Of a DNA stretch of 64,000 bases, positions 18,518 to 28,368 are shown one piece after another. The notes beneath the pieces were generated by a model that had not been told where the DNA came from, did not search any database, and worked only from the letters and a program-made list of their open reading frames with translations. Made by a program: the position numbers and the translations under genes. Positions within the stretch are counted from its first letter, which is position 1. Each line of letters opens with the position of its first letter. Origin of the DNA: Patescibacteria group bacterium (GTDB lineage: Bacteria; Patescibacteriota; Minisyncoccia; UBA6257; UBA9933); NCBI GenBank assembly GCA_038065955.1, contig JBBTPY010000001.1, positions 1,890 to 65,889 on the forward strand, in the 5' to 3' direction.

Positions 18518-18874
18518 TTATCCAATCTTTTCTTTTAGAACATTGAGAAATTTTTCAAGTACGGCCTTGGCGAGTTCCCTGTCTTTGCCGACATTCGCTT
18601 CTTGCTCAACCCAATAACATTCTTCTTGTAATTCCGGCGTAAGGCCATCGTAATCATATTCATAAAGACTCTCAAGAAGTTTTTCAATGTCCGCGTCAAT
18701 TTCTTTGACTTTCTCGGGGGTGATATCGCCACTTTCCTCAAGGCCATACTCCTTTCTCCTCTGCCGCGTCATTTCCGCGGCTTTCTCGGGAGTTGTCGCT
18801 TTACGCTCATTTTCTTCCATAATTTCCTCCTTTGATTGTTTGGGCAATTCGCCCATTTGTTCCGGTGATTTCAT
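18518..18874 (-). CDS. hypothetical acidic protein
   Basis: 118-aa ORF; no recognisable domain. Confidence 0.4.
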   Translation of the reverse strand: MKSPEQMGELPKQSKEEIMEENERKATTPEKAAEMTRQRRKEYGLEESGDITPEKVKEIDADIEKLLESLYEYDYDGLTPELQEECYWVEQEANVGKDRELAKAVLEKFLNVLKEKIG

Positions 18875-19095
18875 AAAAAACTAATTGTAAATTAACATAA
18901 AAATTTTATTTTGTAAATAAGACGTTTAAAAAATATCGTTGATTTTTGTAAATTTATTTCTCAATTATTTCTTCGACCTTTAATTTCGCTTTCTCTAATA
19001 ATTGTTTCGCTTTTTTGCTTTATGCTTTTAAAAATGCGGCTATTGATCGAAACTTCTTTAGAGTTCCAAAATTGTTTAGAAAATATTGCCTCGCT

Positions 19096-19533
19096 TCATC
19101 TTTTTTGTTCATTTTTTAAATTAAAAATCTTGGAATATTCTACACCATCAACGTTTTGACCACTCACATGAACTTCTACGTTGCCGTTATCGGAGTATAG
19201 AGGACATTCACAAGCTTTTTTTGTTTCGCCCTTTTTCAACGAGCCGGGCATATGAGATTTATCTCGAAGAGGATCATCTGTGGCATTTAGAAATTTAGTC
19301 AATGTTCTCGGCTCTTCTTTTCCGTCCCGCAACCATTTTATCGCTATTACAAGACGTAAAAGATCGCCGCCGTGATTCGTTATTTCAAAGAGATTAAATC
19401 GCTCTTGAAACGGGCCAATAGATACTATTGGTTTCTTATCGTCCTTGCGAAACTTTCGCGGTAAATATATGCCGGCAATAAATCCAATAATCAAGGAGGT
19501 GAGAGAAAATATAATTGTAATCAAAATATCCAT
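19096..19533 (-). CDS. hypothetical membrane-anchored protein
   Basis: N-terminal TM ILITIIFSLTSLIIGFIAGIYL. Confidence 0.4.
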   Translation of the reverse strand: MDILITIIFSLTSLIIGFIAGIYLPRKFRKDDKKPIVSIGPFQERFNLFEITNHGGDLLRLVIAIKWLRDGKEEPRTLTKFLNATDDPLRDKSHMPGSLKKGETKKACECPLYSDNGNVEVHVSGQNVDGVEYSKIFNLKNEQKR

Positions 19534-19539
19534 AAAAAT

Positions 19540-19758
19540 TTAATCGTTTACTTTTTTATCGTATATTTGTTTCATTTCTTCAATATATTTTTTCCTGGTA
19601 TATAAAAATCCAATAATAAAACCTACTCCCCCGGAAAATATTCTAAGTTTTGATAATCCTAATAGAGCAAGAAAGATGCCTGATATTATTCCTATTGTCG
19701 TCCAAAGCAAAAGAAATCTTCCCAATGCTTTCAAATATATTTTATTCTTCGCTTTCAT
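19540..19758 (-). CDS. small membrane protein
   Basis: ATG at 19758 (the ORF track starts at an upstream TTG); two hydrophobic segments. Confidence 0.4.
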   Translation of the reverse strand: MKAKNKIYLKALGRFLLLWTTIGIISGIFLALLGLSKLRIFSGGVGFIIGFLYTRKKYIEEMKQIYDKKVND

Positions 19759-19762
19759 AATT

Positions 19763-20284
19763 TTATTTCTCAATTATTTTTTTCGATTTTTTGTTTGGCT
19801 TGTTTAATAAATATTGTATTCGTTTATCATAATGAATGGCAAATAATATTGCGCGAAGTAGCGGATAATTTTCAGGAATCGTATTCGTAAAAGGATGATA
19901 TTGAGAAAGATAATCTGTTACTTTTTCAATAAATTGAGGGATAGATTGAACCGGAGCCACTTTCCCAAAAAAATCTTTTCTAGGCGGATTAGAACCAACA
20001 ATTACCATCCATTCTACTTTTTTAATGTCAAATTTAAATAATTTATTATAATATTTATTCGCTGTATCAAATTTTCTTTTAAATTTAATCATGCGTTTAT
20101 CCCACGAATCGGCATCCATTGATGTTTCTATATGTAAAAGCGTCAAACTCTGGGGGTGATAAGCAATTACATCCATCTCGCCTTCATATCCTCCACGCGT
20201 TCGCCTACCATACTTAATATTGGTTCTGACAAAATACCCCATATGAGAATACCATTCGGCTGTAAGTTGTTCTAAAAAATTCAT
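19763..20284 (-). CDS. hypothetical protein (weak restriction-endonuclease-like D..E pattern)
   Basis: 173-aa ORF; GEMDVIAY...LLHIETS is vaguely PD-(D/E)XK-like but the lysine is missing. Confidence 0.4.
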   Translation of the reverse strand: MNFLEQLTAEWYSHMGYFVRTNIKYGRRTRGGYEGEMDVIAYHPQSLTLLHIETSMDADSWDKRMIKFKRKFDTANKYYNKLFKFDIKKVEWMVIVGSNPPRKDFFGKVAPVQSIPQFIEKVTDYLSQYHPFTNTIPENYPLLRAILFAIHYDKRIQYLLNKPNKKSKKIIEK

Positions 20285-20550
20285 AAATTTATTTTATCAT
20301 TTTCTTATAATTTTTTGTTGTCCGAGATATAAAAATAAACGCAACAGGCAATTATTCTCTGAAAGATTTGCGTAAGTTGATAACTTCCGCCGGATTATTG
20401 AGCCGCAAAGGAAATATGCTTTCCGTCTCCAATATTCAAATACTTTCCACGTTTTGCGCTCGCAAGCGATTTGTTTTGAACCAAAAAAGTCGTGGAGAAT
20501 TCTTGCCGATTTGCCCGCCGAGGGGCGAAGCCCCGAGGCGGTGAACTCGT

Positions 20551-21010
20551 ATCATACTATCTGGCTCCCCGGGTAGGATGGTTCGACAAGCTCACCATTT
20601 TTACCTACCCTAAAGACATATCGCCAATCTCACGGCTTTTACTCAGCTTTTTCAATAATTCCTTATCGCTGTTAATTAAAGCTTTCTTTTTTGCGATGGA
20701 CCACTTTTTAATTTGCTTTTCTCGTTTTTCAGCAACTATTCTTTTTTGATATTCCTCTTTATATACAAGCTTTATATCAGAAAACTTTTTAGTGTAAAAA
20801 GATTCTCTTCGTTTATGTTGAGTTAATCGTCTTTCAATATTATCGGTAACACCGACATAAAAAGTTTTCTGGTCGCAAAAAAGAATATACACAGCCCAGG
20901 ACATATCATAATTATATTGTAAAAGCCCTGAGCTTGTCGAAGGGCTCCCCGGGTAGGATGGTTCGACAAGCTCACCATTTTTACCTACCCCAAAGACATA
21001 TCGCCAATCT
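20551..21010 (-). mobile_element. GIY-YIG nuclease cassette flanked by 69-bp direct repeats derived from the tRNA-Asn 3' end
   Basis: ggctccccgggtaggatggttcgacaagctcaccatttttacctaccc(t/c)aaagacatatcgccaatctc occurs at 20551-20619 and 20941-21009 (one mismatch). Both copy the acceptor and T-stem strand of the adjacent tRNA-Asn with an insertion in the T-loop. Confidence 0.6.
20605..20904 (-). CDS. GIY-YIG domain nuclease (UPF0213-like, 99 aa)
   Basis: MSWAVYILFCDQKTFYVGVTDNIERRLTQHK matches the GIY-x10-YIG...R...H motif. Start set at the internal Met; the longer ORF in the track reads through the repeat. Confidence 0.7.
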   Translation of the reverse strand: MSWAVYILFCDQKTFYVGVTDNIERRLTQHKRRESFYTKKFSDIKLVYKEEYQKRIVAEKREKQIKKWSIAKKKALINSDKELLKKLSKSREIGDMSLG

Positions 21011-21059
21011 CTTTTTCTATTCATAATTATATTGTAAAAGCCCTGAGCTTGTCGAAGGG

Positions 21060-21131
21060 CTCCCCGGGTAGGATTCGAACCTACGACCAAGTGCTTAACA
21101 GGCACCTGCGCTACCACTGCGCTACCGGGGA
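21060..21131 (-). tRNA. tRNA-Asn (anticodon GTT)
   Basis: Manual fold: acceptor TCCCCGG/CCGGGGA, D-arm GCGC-AGTGGTA-GCGC, anticodon loop CTGTTAA, T-arm GTAGG-TTCGAAT-CCTAC, discriminator G, then CC. Confidence 0.85.
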
Positions 21132-21233
21132 ATGCTTGCCCCGCATAAAGCTTCGCTTTTGTGCGGAGTTTAATTGTCAATATTCTATCGCTGACAAAAA
21201 TCAGTTTAGCAAAAATCAAAAAAATATGCAATA

Positions 21234-21300
21234 AAATCAATTTCGGTTATTTCAACGATCGTTGAAATAACCGAAATTGATAGCGAAAATTTCTTCTGCC
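21234..21300 (+). repeat. intergenic palindromic repeat element, copy C (tail truncated)
   Basis: Perfect 42-bp palindrome at 21238-21279, immediately upstream (on the minus strand) of tRNA-Asn. Confidence 0.8.
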
Positions 21301-21407
21301 GAACGAAGACCGCAGCGTGTTTCTCTCTTTACCCCGTTAGAAGCAGAATGCCCCGTGGCTTGCCGCGGGAATAAATGCTCTTCTGTTGTTTTAGCTTCTA
21401 ACGGGAT

Positions 21408-22142
21408 TTATTTAAATAACCCCGTTAAAAACCAAACCGCGGCCAAACCAATCACTATCGCGATATAATGAGTGAATTCCGAACCGCGAATTTTATGGCG
21501 AAGCTCCGGAATTAAATCGGCAACGGCGATATAAATAAACATTCCGGCCGCAAAAGCGATAAATTGCGGCAAAATCGCCGAAGTAAAAGGCAAAAAGAAA
21601 TAACCAATAATTGCGCCTAGAGGCGTAGTCAAGGCGGTAAAAATATTATATAAAATAATTTTATTTTTTTTGTAACCGGCGTGAAGAAGCACTCCAAAAT
21701 CGCCGATTTCCTGCGGCACTTCGTGAAGAAAAACCGCCAATGTGGAAATTATTCCAACTTGAACATTAACGGCAAAACTGAAAGAGATAATCAATCCGTC
21801 AATAAAATTATGAATCACGTCGCCAAAGATTACGCTTTTTGACAAAATTGGAAAATCGCAAACCTCGCGGTCGTGGCAATGATGCCATTTCAAAACTTTT
21901 TCAAACATTAGAAGCGTGAAAATTCCTAAAATGGCAAAGGGAAGAATTTGGTCGTGATTTTTTATTTCCAGCGCCTCCGGCAAAAGGTCAAAAAAGGCCG
22001 CTCCCAAAAGAGCGCCGGCGGCGAAACCGACTAAAATCAAACTGATTTTTTTCGCCAGCTGTTCTTTAAACAATAAAATTATCCCGCCGATTAAAGCGAA
22101 AACGCTGCCTATTAAACTGGCAATGAGAATATAAAAAAACAT
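21408..22142 (-). CDS. ZIP-family metal cation transporter (ZupT-like)
   Basis: HNFIDGLII and HEVPQEIGDFGVLLHAG signature motifs; about 8 TM segments. Confidence 0.8.
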   Translation of the reverse strand: MFFYILIASLIGSVFALIGGIILLFKEQLAKKISLILVGFAAGALLGAAFFDLLPEALEIKNHDQILPFAILGIFTLLMFEKVLKWHHCHDREVCDFPILSKSVIFGDVIHNFIDGLIISFSFAVNVQVGIISTLAVFLHEVPQEIGDFGVLLHAGYKKNKIILYNIFTALTTPLGAIIGYFFLPFTSAILPQFIAFAAGMFIYIAVADLIPELRHKIRGSEFTHYIAIVIGLAAVWFLTGLFK

Positions 22143-22148
22143 TTTAAT

Positions 22149-23927
22149 TTATCCGATAGAGGCGCGGACGCGGCGAATTCCGGAAGACACCGCCTCTTCT
22201 TTTAAAATTTTAAATCCGCCGATTTCCGAAGTCCGTTCTACATGCGGGCCGCCGCAAAATTCAACGCTTACGGGAGCTTGTTCTGAGTCTGTCGAAGAAC
22301 CGATAAAATACACTTTTACCGCTTCAGGATATTTTGCCTTAAAAAACGCCAAAGCGCCAATTTTTTCCGCCTCGATTTTATTCATTTCTTTACAATAAAC
22401 CGGCAGATTTTCGTTTATTTTCTGATTGACTAAATCCTCGGTTTTTTTTATTTCTTCCGGTGTCATTTTGCGGCTTAAAGAAAAATCAAAGCGCAATCTT
22501 TCTGGATTAATATCCGAACCGGTTTGCCGAACTTCCTTCCCTAAAACTTCACGCAAAGCCCATTGAAGCAAATGAGTGGCAGTATGTAAGCGAATGACTT
22601 TTTTCGCTTCTTCTTCGCTTCCCGCTTTCAATTCGCTGGTGTTTAAAACCAATCCGTGTCCGCCGAATTTTTTCTCCGCTCCGGCGCGAGAAATTTCCTG
22701 ATGTTTTTCAAATTCTTTTTCTAATCCTTCTTTTGTAATCCCTTCAGTTATATTTTTAGGGGCCAGTTCTTTTATTAATTCTGTCGGAAGACCAAAAGTT
22801 TCATAAATCTGAAAAGCTCTTGTTGAATCAATTGAGCCACCAACACGGACAATATTATCAATTTCTTTAATTCCCCTGCCTATCGCTTCCTGAAATTTTT
22901 GGGCTTCATTTTCTAGAACTTCAAGAATTATTTTGGCATTTTTTAATTCCGGATAAATTTCCCCGAATTTTTCTTTAATAATTTCAACGCTTTCCGGAAA
23001 CAAATCCGCGTGGATGTCATATTTAATCCGATAAGCCATAATTCTGCGAAGCAAACGCCTTAAAATATAACCGGCTTCTTTATTTGACGGCCGGACACCG
23101 TCGGCGATTAAAAACGCCGAAGCGCGCAAATGGTCCGCCAAAATTTTTATAATTCTTTTATCCAAAGCCGGCGCTAATTCGCTTATTTTAAAAACCAAAG
23201 GCTTGAATAAATCGGTTTCAAAAACATCGTCCGTTCCCTGAATAATGGAGCATAATCTTTCAAGCCCCATTCCCGTATCAACGCCGGGATTTTCAACTTT
23301 TCTGAACTTTCCGTTTTTTTCTTTATAATATTCGTTAAAAACCAAATTCCAAATCTCCACTCCGTCAACATAAATTTCCGCGCACGGCCCGCACGGTCCT
23401 TCATCGCCGGTCGGCCCCCAGAAATTATCTTCCCTGCCGTTTAAAATAATTTTATCTTTTGAAATACCGATTTCTTCATTCCAGATTTTATAGGATTCTT
23501 CATCCAAAGGAATAGCTTGTCCTGAGCCTGCCGAAGGATCACCTCTGAAAACCGAAACCGTTATTCTTTCGGAGCTGATTCCCAGAATATCAACGATAAA
23601 TTCATAAGCCCAAAAAATCGCCTCTCGCTTGAAATAATCGCCGAAAGAAAAATTGCCGAGCATTTCAAAAAAAGTCAGATGAGTTTTATCGCCTATTTCC
23701 TCAATATCGCTGGTTCGGAAGCATTTTTGAATGGAAACGGTTTTCCGCGAGCCGAAATCTTTCAAGGCGTCAAGTTCGCCGGTGAAATATCTTTTGAATT
23801 GCTGCATGCCGGCCGTCGTCAAAAGCACCGACGGGTCATCGGGAATCAAAGACGAAGAAGAAACGATTTCATGCCCCTTCTTTTCAAAAAAATCTAAAAA
23901 TGATTGGCGAATTTTCTCGGAAGACAT
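22149..23927 (-). CDS. alaS: alanine--tRNA ligase, short form lacking the C-terminal DHHA1 region
   Basis: N-terminal class II catalytic core (FLDFFEKKGH, TTAGMQQFK, FRTSDIEEIGD) and editing-domain HTATHLL..CGGPHV; only 592 aa. Confidence 0.85.
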   Translation of the reverse strand: MSSEKIRQSFLDFFEKKGHEIVSSSSLIPDDPSVLLTTAGMQQFKRYFTGELDALKDFGSRKTVSIQKCFRTSDIEEIGDKTHLTFFEMLGNFSFGDYFKREAIFWAYEFIVDILGISSERITVSVFRGDPSAGSGQAIPLDEESYKIWNEEIGISKDKIILNGREDNFWGPTGDEGPCGPCAEIYVDGVEIWNLVFNEYYKEKNGKFRKVENPGVDTGMGLERLCSIIQGTDDVFETDLFKPLVFKISELAPALDKRIIKILADHLRASAFLIADGVRPSNKEAGYILRRLLRRIMAYRIKYDIHADLFPESVEIIKEKFGEIYPELKNAKIILEVLENEAQKFQEAIGRGIKEIDNIVRVGGSIDSTRAFQIYETFGLPTELIKELAPKNITEGITKEGLEKEFEKHQEISRAGAEKKFGGHGLVLNTSELKAGSEEEAKKVIRLHTATHLLQWALREVLGKEVRQTGSDINPERLRFDFSLSRKMTPEEIKKTEDLVNQKINENLPVYCKEMNKIEAEKIGALAFFKAKYPEAVKVYFIGSSTDSEQAPVSVEFCGGPHVERTSEIGGFKILKEEAVSSGIRRVRASIG

Positions 23928-23942
23928 TTTTTTAAATATTCT

Positions 23943-25094
23943 TTATCTTATTACCGCTCCCAGTTCTTCCTTGGTTTTTTCTATAATCTTTTCTTGAATT
24001 TTATTAACTTCTTCATTGGTTAAAGTTCTTTCCGGAGAACGATAAACTATTCTAAACGTATAACTTATTTTATCGCCGCCGAATTTTTTCTCATCAACAT
24101 ATTTATCAAGCAATTCAACCTGTTCCACCAGATTTCCCGCGCAATCCCTGACTATTTCGTAATAATTATTCAAACTTGCGCTTTGAACGACAATAAAAGA
24201 AATATCTCGATAAGTCATGGGGAACCTGCTGACTTCCTCATATTGGCTGTCTATATTTTTAAATTGGCCGGTAATTCTTGAATCGTCGGACCAAAAAATT
24301 CTGATGTCAGGGATATTCATTTTGGCCATAGCGATTCTTTCCATGCCGAATCCGAAAGCCCACCCGTTATAAACAGAAGGGTTTATGCCAAGATTGGAAA
24401 GCACTTGAGCGTGAACCACTCCCGCCCCCACTATCTCCAGCCACTTATCTTCTCTTTGTATCTCTATTTGAGTGCTTGGTTCCGTAAAAGGAAAAGTGTC
24501 TTCCAAAAAACGAAACACCACGGAATCTCCATAAATAGCTTTGGTAATAGCCGTTAATATTTCCTGAAGTTCCAAGATGCCGATAATTTTTTTCTCTTTT
24601 TTACAAATATAAAGGCCGTCTATTTGATGAAAAACGGGAAAATGGTTTCTGTCTATTTCATCTTTGCGAAAAACTTTTCCATAACACAGAAGTCCTATTT
24701 CTCCTTCTTTTTCCAATTTTTTTATTTCTTCTTCTTTTTGAAGATAAAAAGGCCACATCACCGTGGTTTGGGTCCTTAAAATATAATCTTTATCAAGGTA
24801 ATAAGTGTCCGTTTCCTTGCGGCTGGGATGGTCCAAGGGAGCGTTCAATAAATCAAAATTATTTCTAACGCTTACAATTTCAGGAACCTCAATAACATCG
24901 AAATCTTTAAACATTTCCATCGCCAAAATTTTATCCACGATAAATTTAAGAGGAGAATTTTCTTTCCGCGTTAAATCAGGAAGAGCCAAAAGTTTTTTTA
25001 TTCTTTGAGCGGTTATGTCGTCTTTTTGCCTTAATCTTTCCAATAATTGTTCACTTACCGCGTCTTTGACAGTTAAGTAATTTCTTTTATTCAT
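23943..25094 (-). CDS. pheS: phenylalanine--tRNA ligase alpha subunit-like class II synthetase; no pheT adjacent
   Basis: Motif 2 FRKDEIDRNHFPVFHQIDG and motif 3 GWAFGFGMERIAMAKMNIPDIR. Confidence 0.75.
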   Translation of the reverse strand: MNKRNYLTVKDAVSEQLLERLRQKDDITAQRIKKLLALPDLTRKENSPLKFIVDKILAMEMFKDFDVIEVPEIVSVRNNFDLLNAPLDHPSRKETDTYYLDKDYILRTQTTVMWPFYLQKEEEIKKLEKEGEIGLLCYGKVFRKDEIDRNHFPVFHQIDGLYICKKEKKIIGILELQEILTAITKAIYGDSVVFRFLEDTFPFTEPSTQIEIQREDKWLEIVGAGVVHAQVLSNLGINPSVYNGWAFGFGMERIAMAKMNIPDIRIFWSDDSRITGQFKNIDSQYEEVSRFPMTYRDISFIVVQSASLNNYYEIVRDCAGNLVEQVELLDKYVDEKKFGGDKISYTFRIVYRSPERTLTNEEVNKIQEKIIEKTKEELGAVIR

Positions 25095-25111
25095 AAAAAT
25101 AAAATCATTAA

Positions 25112-26296
25112 TTAGTATTCCTCCAGCGCTTGTGATTTTTCATGTTTCTTGATTTTTTCCAGCGCCTTAGCTTCAATCTGGCGGATGCGTTCCCGCGTAA
25201 CATTGAATTTCTTCCCCACCTCTTCAAGGGTATGAGTAATGCCGTCCGTCAAACCGAATCTTAACCTCAAAATTTCCTGTTCACGGGGAGTTAAATCAAT
25301 CATAATTTCCCCGAGTTTTTCTTTTAATAAAACCTGAGCGACCAGTTGCGAAGAATTAAGACTTTTATCGTCCCGAATAAATTCCGACAGCGTTGATTCT
25401 TCATCATCATTGCCGAGCGGCGTCTCCAATGAAAGCACATCTTGAGAAATTTTTTGAATATGGTGAATTTTATCAACTGTTGTTCCGATTTCAATGGCTA
25501 TCTCATTGGCCAATGGTTCGCGCCCAAGTTCCTGAAACAACCGCTTCTTAACTTGGCTGTATTTGGAAATAGTTTCAATCATATGAACTGGAATTCTGAT
25601 AGTTCGACCTTGGTCCGCCAAAGCCCGAGTTACCGCCTGCCTAATCCACCAAGTAGCGTAAGTTGAAAATTTAAATCCCTTGCGATAATCAAATTTTTCC
25701 ACCGCTTTGGAAAGACCGATGTTCCCTTCCTGAATTAAATCAAGAATGCTTAAATTGGGACTGCGATAAACATAACGTTTGGCAATAGAGACTACTAAGC
25801 GCAAATTGGCAAGCATTAATTGCTGTCTGGCCTCTTCATCTCCTTTTTCCGATCGCTTAGCCAGCTCTTTTTCTCTGTCGCCCGTTAAAAGCGAAGTTTT
25901 CCCGATAGTTTTAAGATACATTTGAACGGCATCCGGAAATTCCGGTTCCATTTTAACGGATTCCCGCAATTCGCGTTCGCTTACTTCGCTTTTCTCCGGC
26001 AATTCTATTAAATGAGAGGTTTCAATAACTTTAATATTGGCATCTTCTAAATTTTTATAAATTCTTTCCAAAAAAACAATGTCTTCCTCAATATTTGGAA
26101 AATAATGTAAAATCTCCGCGTCGGTGACAAAACCGCGCGGCCTTCCTTTTTTTATAAGTTCGTCTATCAGTAATTCGTCAAATTTCGACTTTTTGCTTCG
26201 TTTGATTTTTTTTACCGACTTTTTAATTTTACGAATTTTCGCTTTCTTTCCGGCGGCTTTTTTAAATTTTTTATTATTTTTAATTTTCTTTTTCAT
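25112..26296 (-). CDS. rpoD: RNA polymerase sigma-70 factor
   Basis: Region 2 [37 protein letters not shown] and region 4 [24 protein letters not shown]; lies downstream of dnaG in the classic operon order. Confidence 0.9.
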   Translation of the reverse strand: MKKKIKNNKKFKKAAGKKAKIRKIKKSVKKIKRSKKSKFDELLIDELIKKGRPRGFVTDAEILHYFPNIEEDIVFLERIYKNLEDANIKVIETSHLIELPEKSEVSERELRESVKMEPEFPDAVQMYLKTIGKTSLLTGDREKELAKRSEKGDEEARQQLMLANLRLVVSIAKRYVYRSPNLSILDLIQEGNIGLSKAVEKFDYRKGFKFSTYATWWIRQAVTRALADQGRTIRIPVHMIETISKYSQVKKRLFQELGREPLANEIAIEIGTTVDKIHHIQKISQDVLSLETPLGNDDEESTLSEFIRDDKSLNSSQLVAQVLLKEKLGEIMIDLTPREQEILRLRFGLTDGITHTLEEVGKKFNVTRERIRQIEAKALEKIKKHEKSQALEEY

Positions 26297-26490
26297 TTTT
26301 TAAATTTTAATTAACAATCACTACAAAAATAATCATTATTTTGATGTTTATTTCCGCATAAACGACAAATTAATTTATAATTAATATATGACGATGCGGC
26401 AGATGAAGAATAATAAATATTTGAATTTATATTTATTGGACAATTTTTATTAAAAGCATTTTTTCTATCTTTATTCCAGTTTCGTCAATG

Positions 26491-28260
26491 TTAATTTTTA
26501 GAATTATGCATTAATTTTGATATTTCGTCAAACTCTTTTAAAATAGAAGCTGTTTTTTCTTCACTGCCTTCGGCCTCGGAGATTTTTATTTCTCTGGCCA
26601 ATTTTTCTTTTTTCTCTTTAAAATATTCTTCTTTTAATCTGTGTAGGAGTTCATTAAATTCGCCGATAATCATTTCCGGTTCTTTATTTTCCGCGCCAAG
26701 CGAAAATTTCAGCGAAATTTGAAATAATAAATCCGCCAAACGCTTATCTTCCAATTTTATTCCGTCAATCAAACTGCGGGCGATTTTCAAATAATTATCA
26801 GGCAAATAATCAAAATAATCCGCGAGCGCGTTTTGTAAATTTTTTTGCGTTGAAGCCAAAGCTAAAATTCTTTGGCAAATTAACTCACGCTTATTTAGCG
26901 GTTGATTAATTGATAAATTAAACGATTTAAATTGAGCGGCCGTAATGGAACGCTGTTCATTAACCGATTTCAACTGCGCCATCTCCTCCACCAAAATATC
27001 TTCTTTAACGCCGGTGATTTCGGAAAGCTTTTTTAACCAGTGAAATTTTTCCACCGCGCTGGTTAAAATTTTAATTTTTGCCAAAACTAATCTAAGATTA
27101 TTTTTTAGTTCGTTAATTTTATTATTTTCCGTTGATTGTTGATTATTTATTAAATTATATCTGTAAAAATAAAACTCCATCGCTTGTTTGGCTTCGCCGA
27201 CTAATTTTCCAATCAAACCCGGCTCTTTCTGAACCGCTTCGGCCGGATCTTTGTATTTATTAATCACTAATACTTTAACGCTGAAATCTTCATTGTGCGC
27301 CAAATCAATGCTTCTTTCCGCGGCTTTTAACCCCGCCTCGTCATTGTCAAAACAAAAAGTTAAAGCGTCCGTCTGCCTGCGCAAAACTTTTAAATGGTCA
27401 TGCGTTAAGGCCGTTCCCGAAGTCGCCGCCGCGTTTTTTACGCCGTCTTGCCAGCAAAGCAAAAAATCCATCTGCCCTTCCACTAAAACGGCGGATTTTA
27501 ATTCGCGAATTGAATTTTTAGTCTTATGAAAACCGTATAAAACTTTTGATTTATTAAATATCAGCGTTTCCGGGCTGTTGACATATTTGCCGGTCTCGCC
27601 GACGTCAAATTCCGGAAGAATCCGGCCGCTAAAGCCGATTGTTTTGCCGAAATGATTATAGAGCGGGAACATTATTCTATTGCGAAATCTATCAATATAG
27701 CCGCCTTTCTCAGTTTTAAAATTCAAACCCGCCCTTTCAATGTCTTTAATGTTATAACCTGATTTTATCAAATAAACGGTTAAATTATCGTAGCCGTTCG
27801 GCGCTAAACCGATTTCAAATTCTTCAATAGTTTCTTTTTTTAAGCCCCGTTCTTTTAAATAATTCAGCGCTTTTTGGTTAACGCTTTCCGTTAGTTGGCG
27901 AATAAAAAAATTTTTAGCCAACTCATTGATTTCATATAAAACGCCGAATTGCTTTTGTTCTTGAAAGCCGACACTCTTTAATTCTATTCCAACTTTCTCG
28001 GCTAAAATTTTTAAGGCTTCGTGAAATTCCAGATTCTCGTATTTCATTAAAAACTTAAAAATATCGCCGCCTTCGGAACACGCCCCAAAACAATGCCAAG
28101 TTTGCCGTTCCGGCGAAACGATAAAAGAAGGCGTTTTTTCCTTGTGAAACGGACAATTTGCCTTGAAATTCTTGCCGGCCGGCAAAAGCGTGATATAGGA
28201 GCGAATAAAATCAACAATATCAATTTTTTCCTTAATTTGTTCAACAGGAGAAGAAACCAT
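26491..28260 (-). CDS. dnaG: DNA primase
   Basis: Zinc ribbon CPFHKEKTPSF..WHCFGAC, TOPRIM EGQMD..DND. Confidence 0.9.
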   Translation of the reverse strand: MVSSPVEQIKEKIDIVDFIRSYITLLPAGKNFKANCPFHKEKTPSFIVSPERQTWHCFGACSEGGDIFKFLMKYENLEFHEALKILAEKVGIELKSVGFQEQKQFGVLYEINELAKNFFIRQLTESVNQKALNYLKERGLKKETIEEFEIGLAPNGYDNLTVYLIKSGYNIKDIERAGLNFKTEKGGYIDRFRNRIMFPLYNHFGKTIGFSGRILPEFDVGETGKYVNSPETLIFNKSKVLYGFHKTKNSIRELKSAVLVEGQMDFLLCWQDGVKNAAATSGTALTHDHLKVLRRQTDALTFCFDNDEAGLKAAERSIDLAHNEDFSVKVLVINKYKDPAEAVQKEPGLIGKLVGEAKQAMEFYFYRYNLINNQQSTENNKINELKNNLRLVLAKIKILTSAVEKFHWLKKLSEITGVKEDILVEEMAQLKSVNEQRSITAAQFKSFNLSINQPLNKRELICQRILALASTQKNLQNALADYFDYLPDNYLKIARSLIDGIKLEDKRLADLLFQISLKFSLGAENKEPEMIIGEFNELLHRLKEEYFKEKKEKLAREIKISEAEGSEEKTASILKEFDEISKLMHNSKN

Positions 28261-28368
28261 GGCTTAATTATATAACTTTTTATCAATTTGCCAATAATTT
28301 TTATTTTGGTAAAAGGGCGATGTTTTTATAATCGCTTTATTTTTAAAATTATCGCGATTTATGCTAAA

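Noticed and set aside
18950-19790. 19-mer tttatttctcaattattt at 18953 and 19764
   Set aside because: Low-complexity AT-rich sequence; the similarity does not extend and is probably chance.
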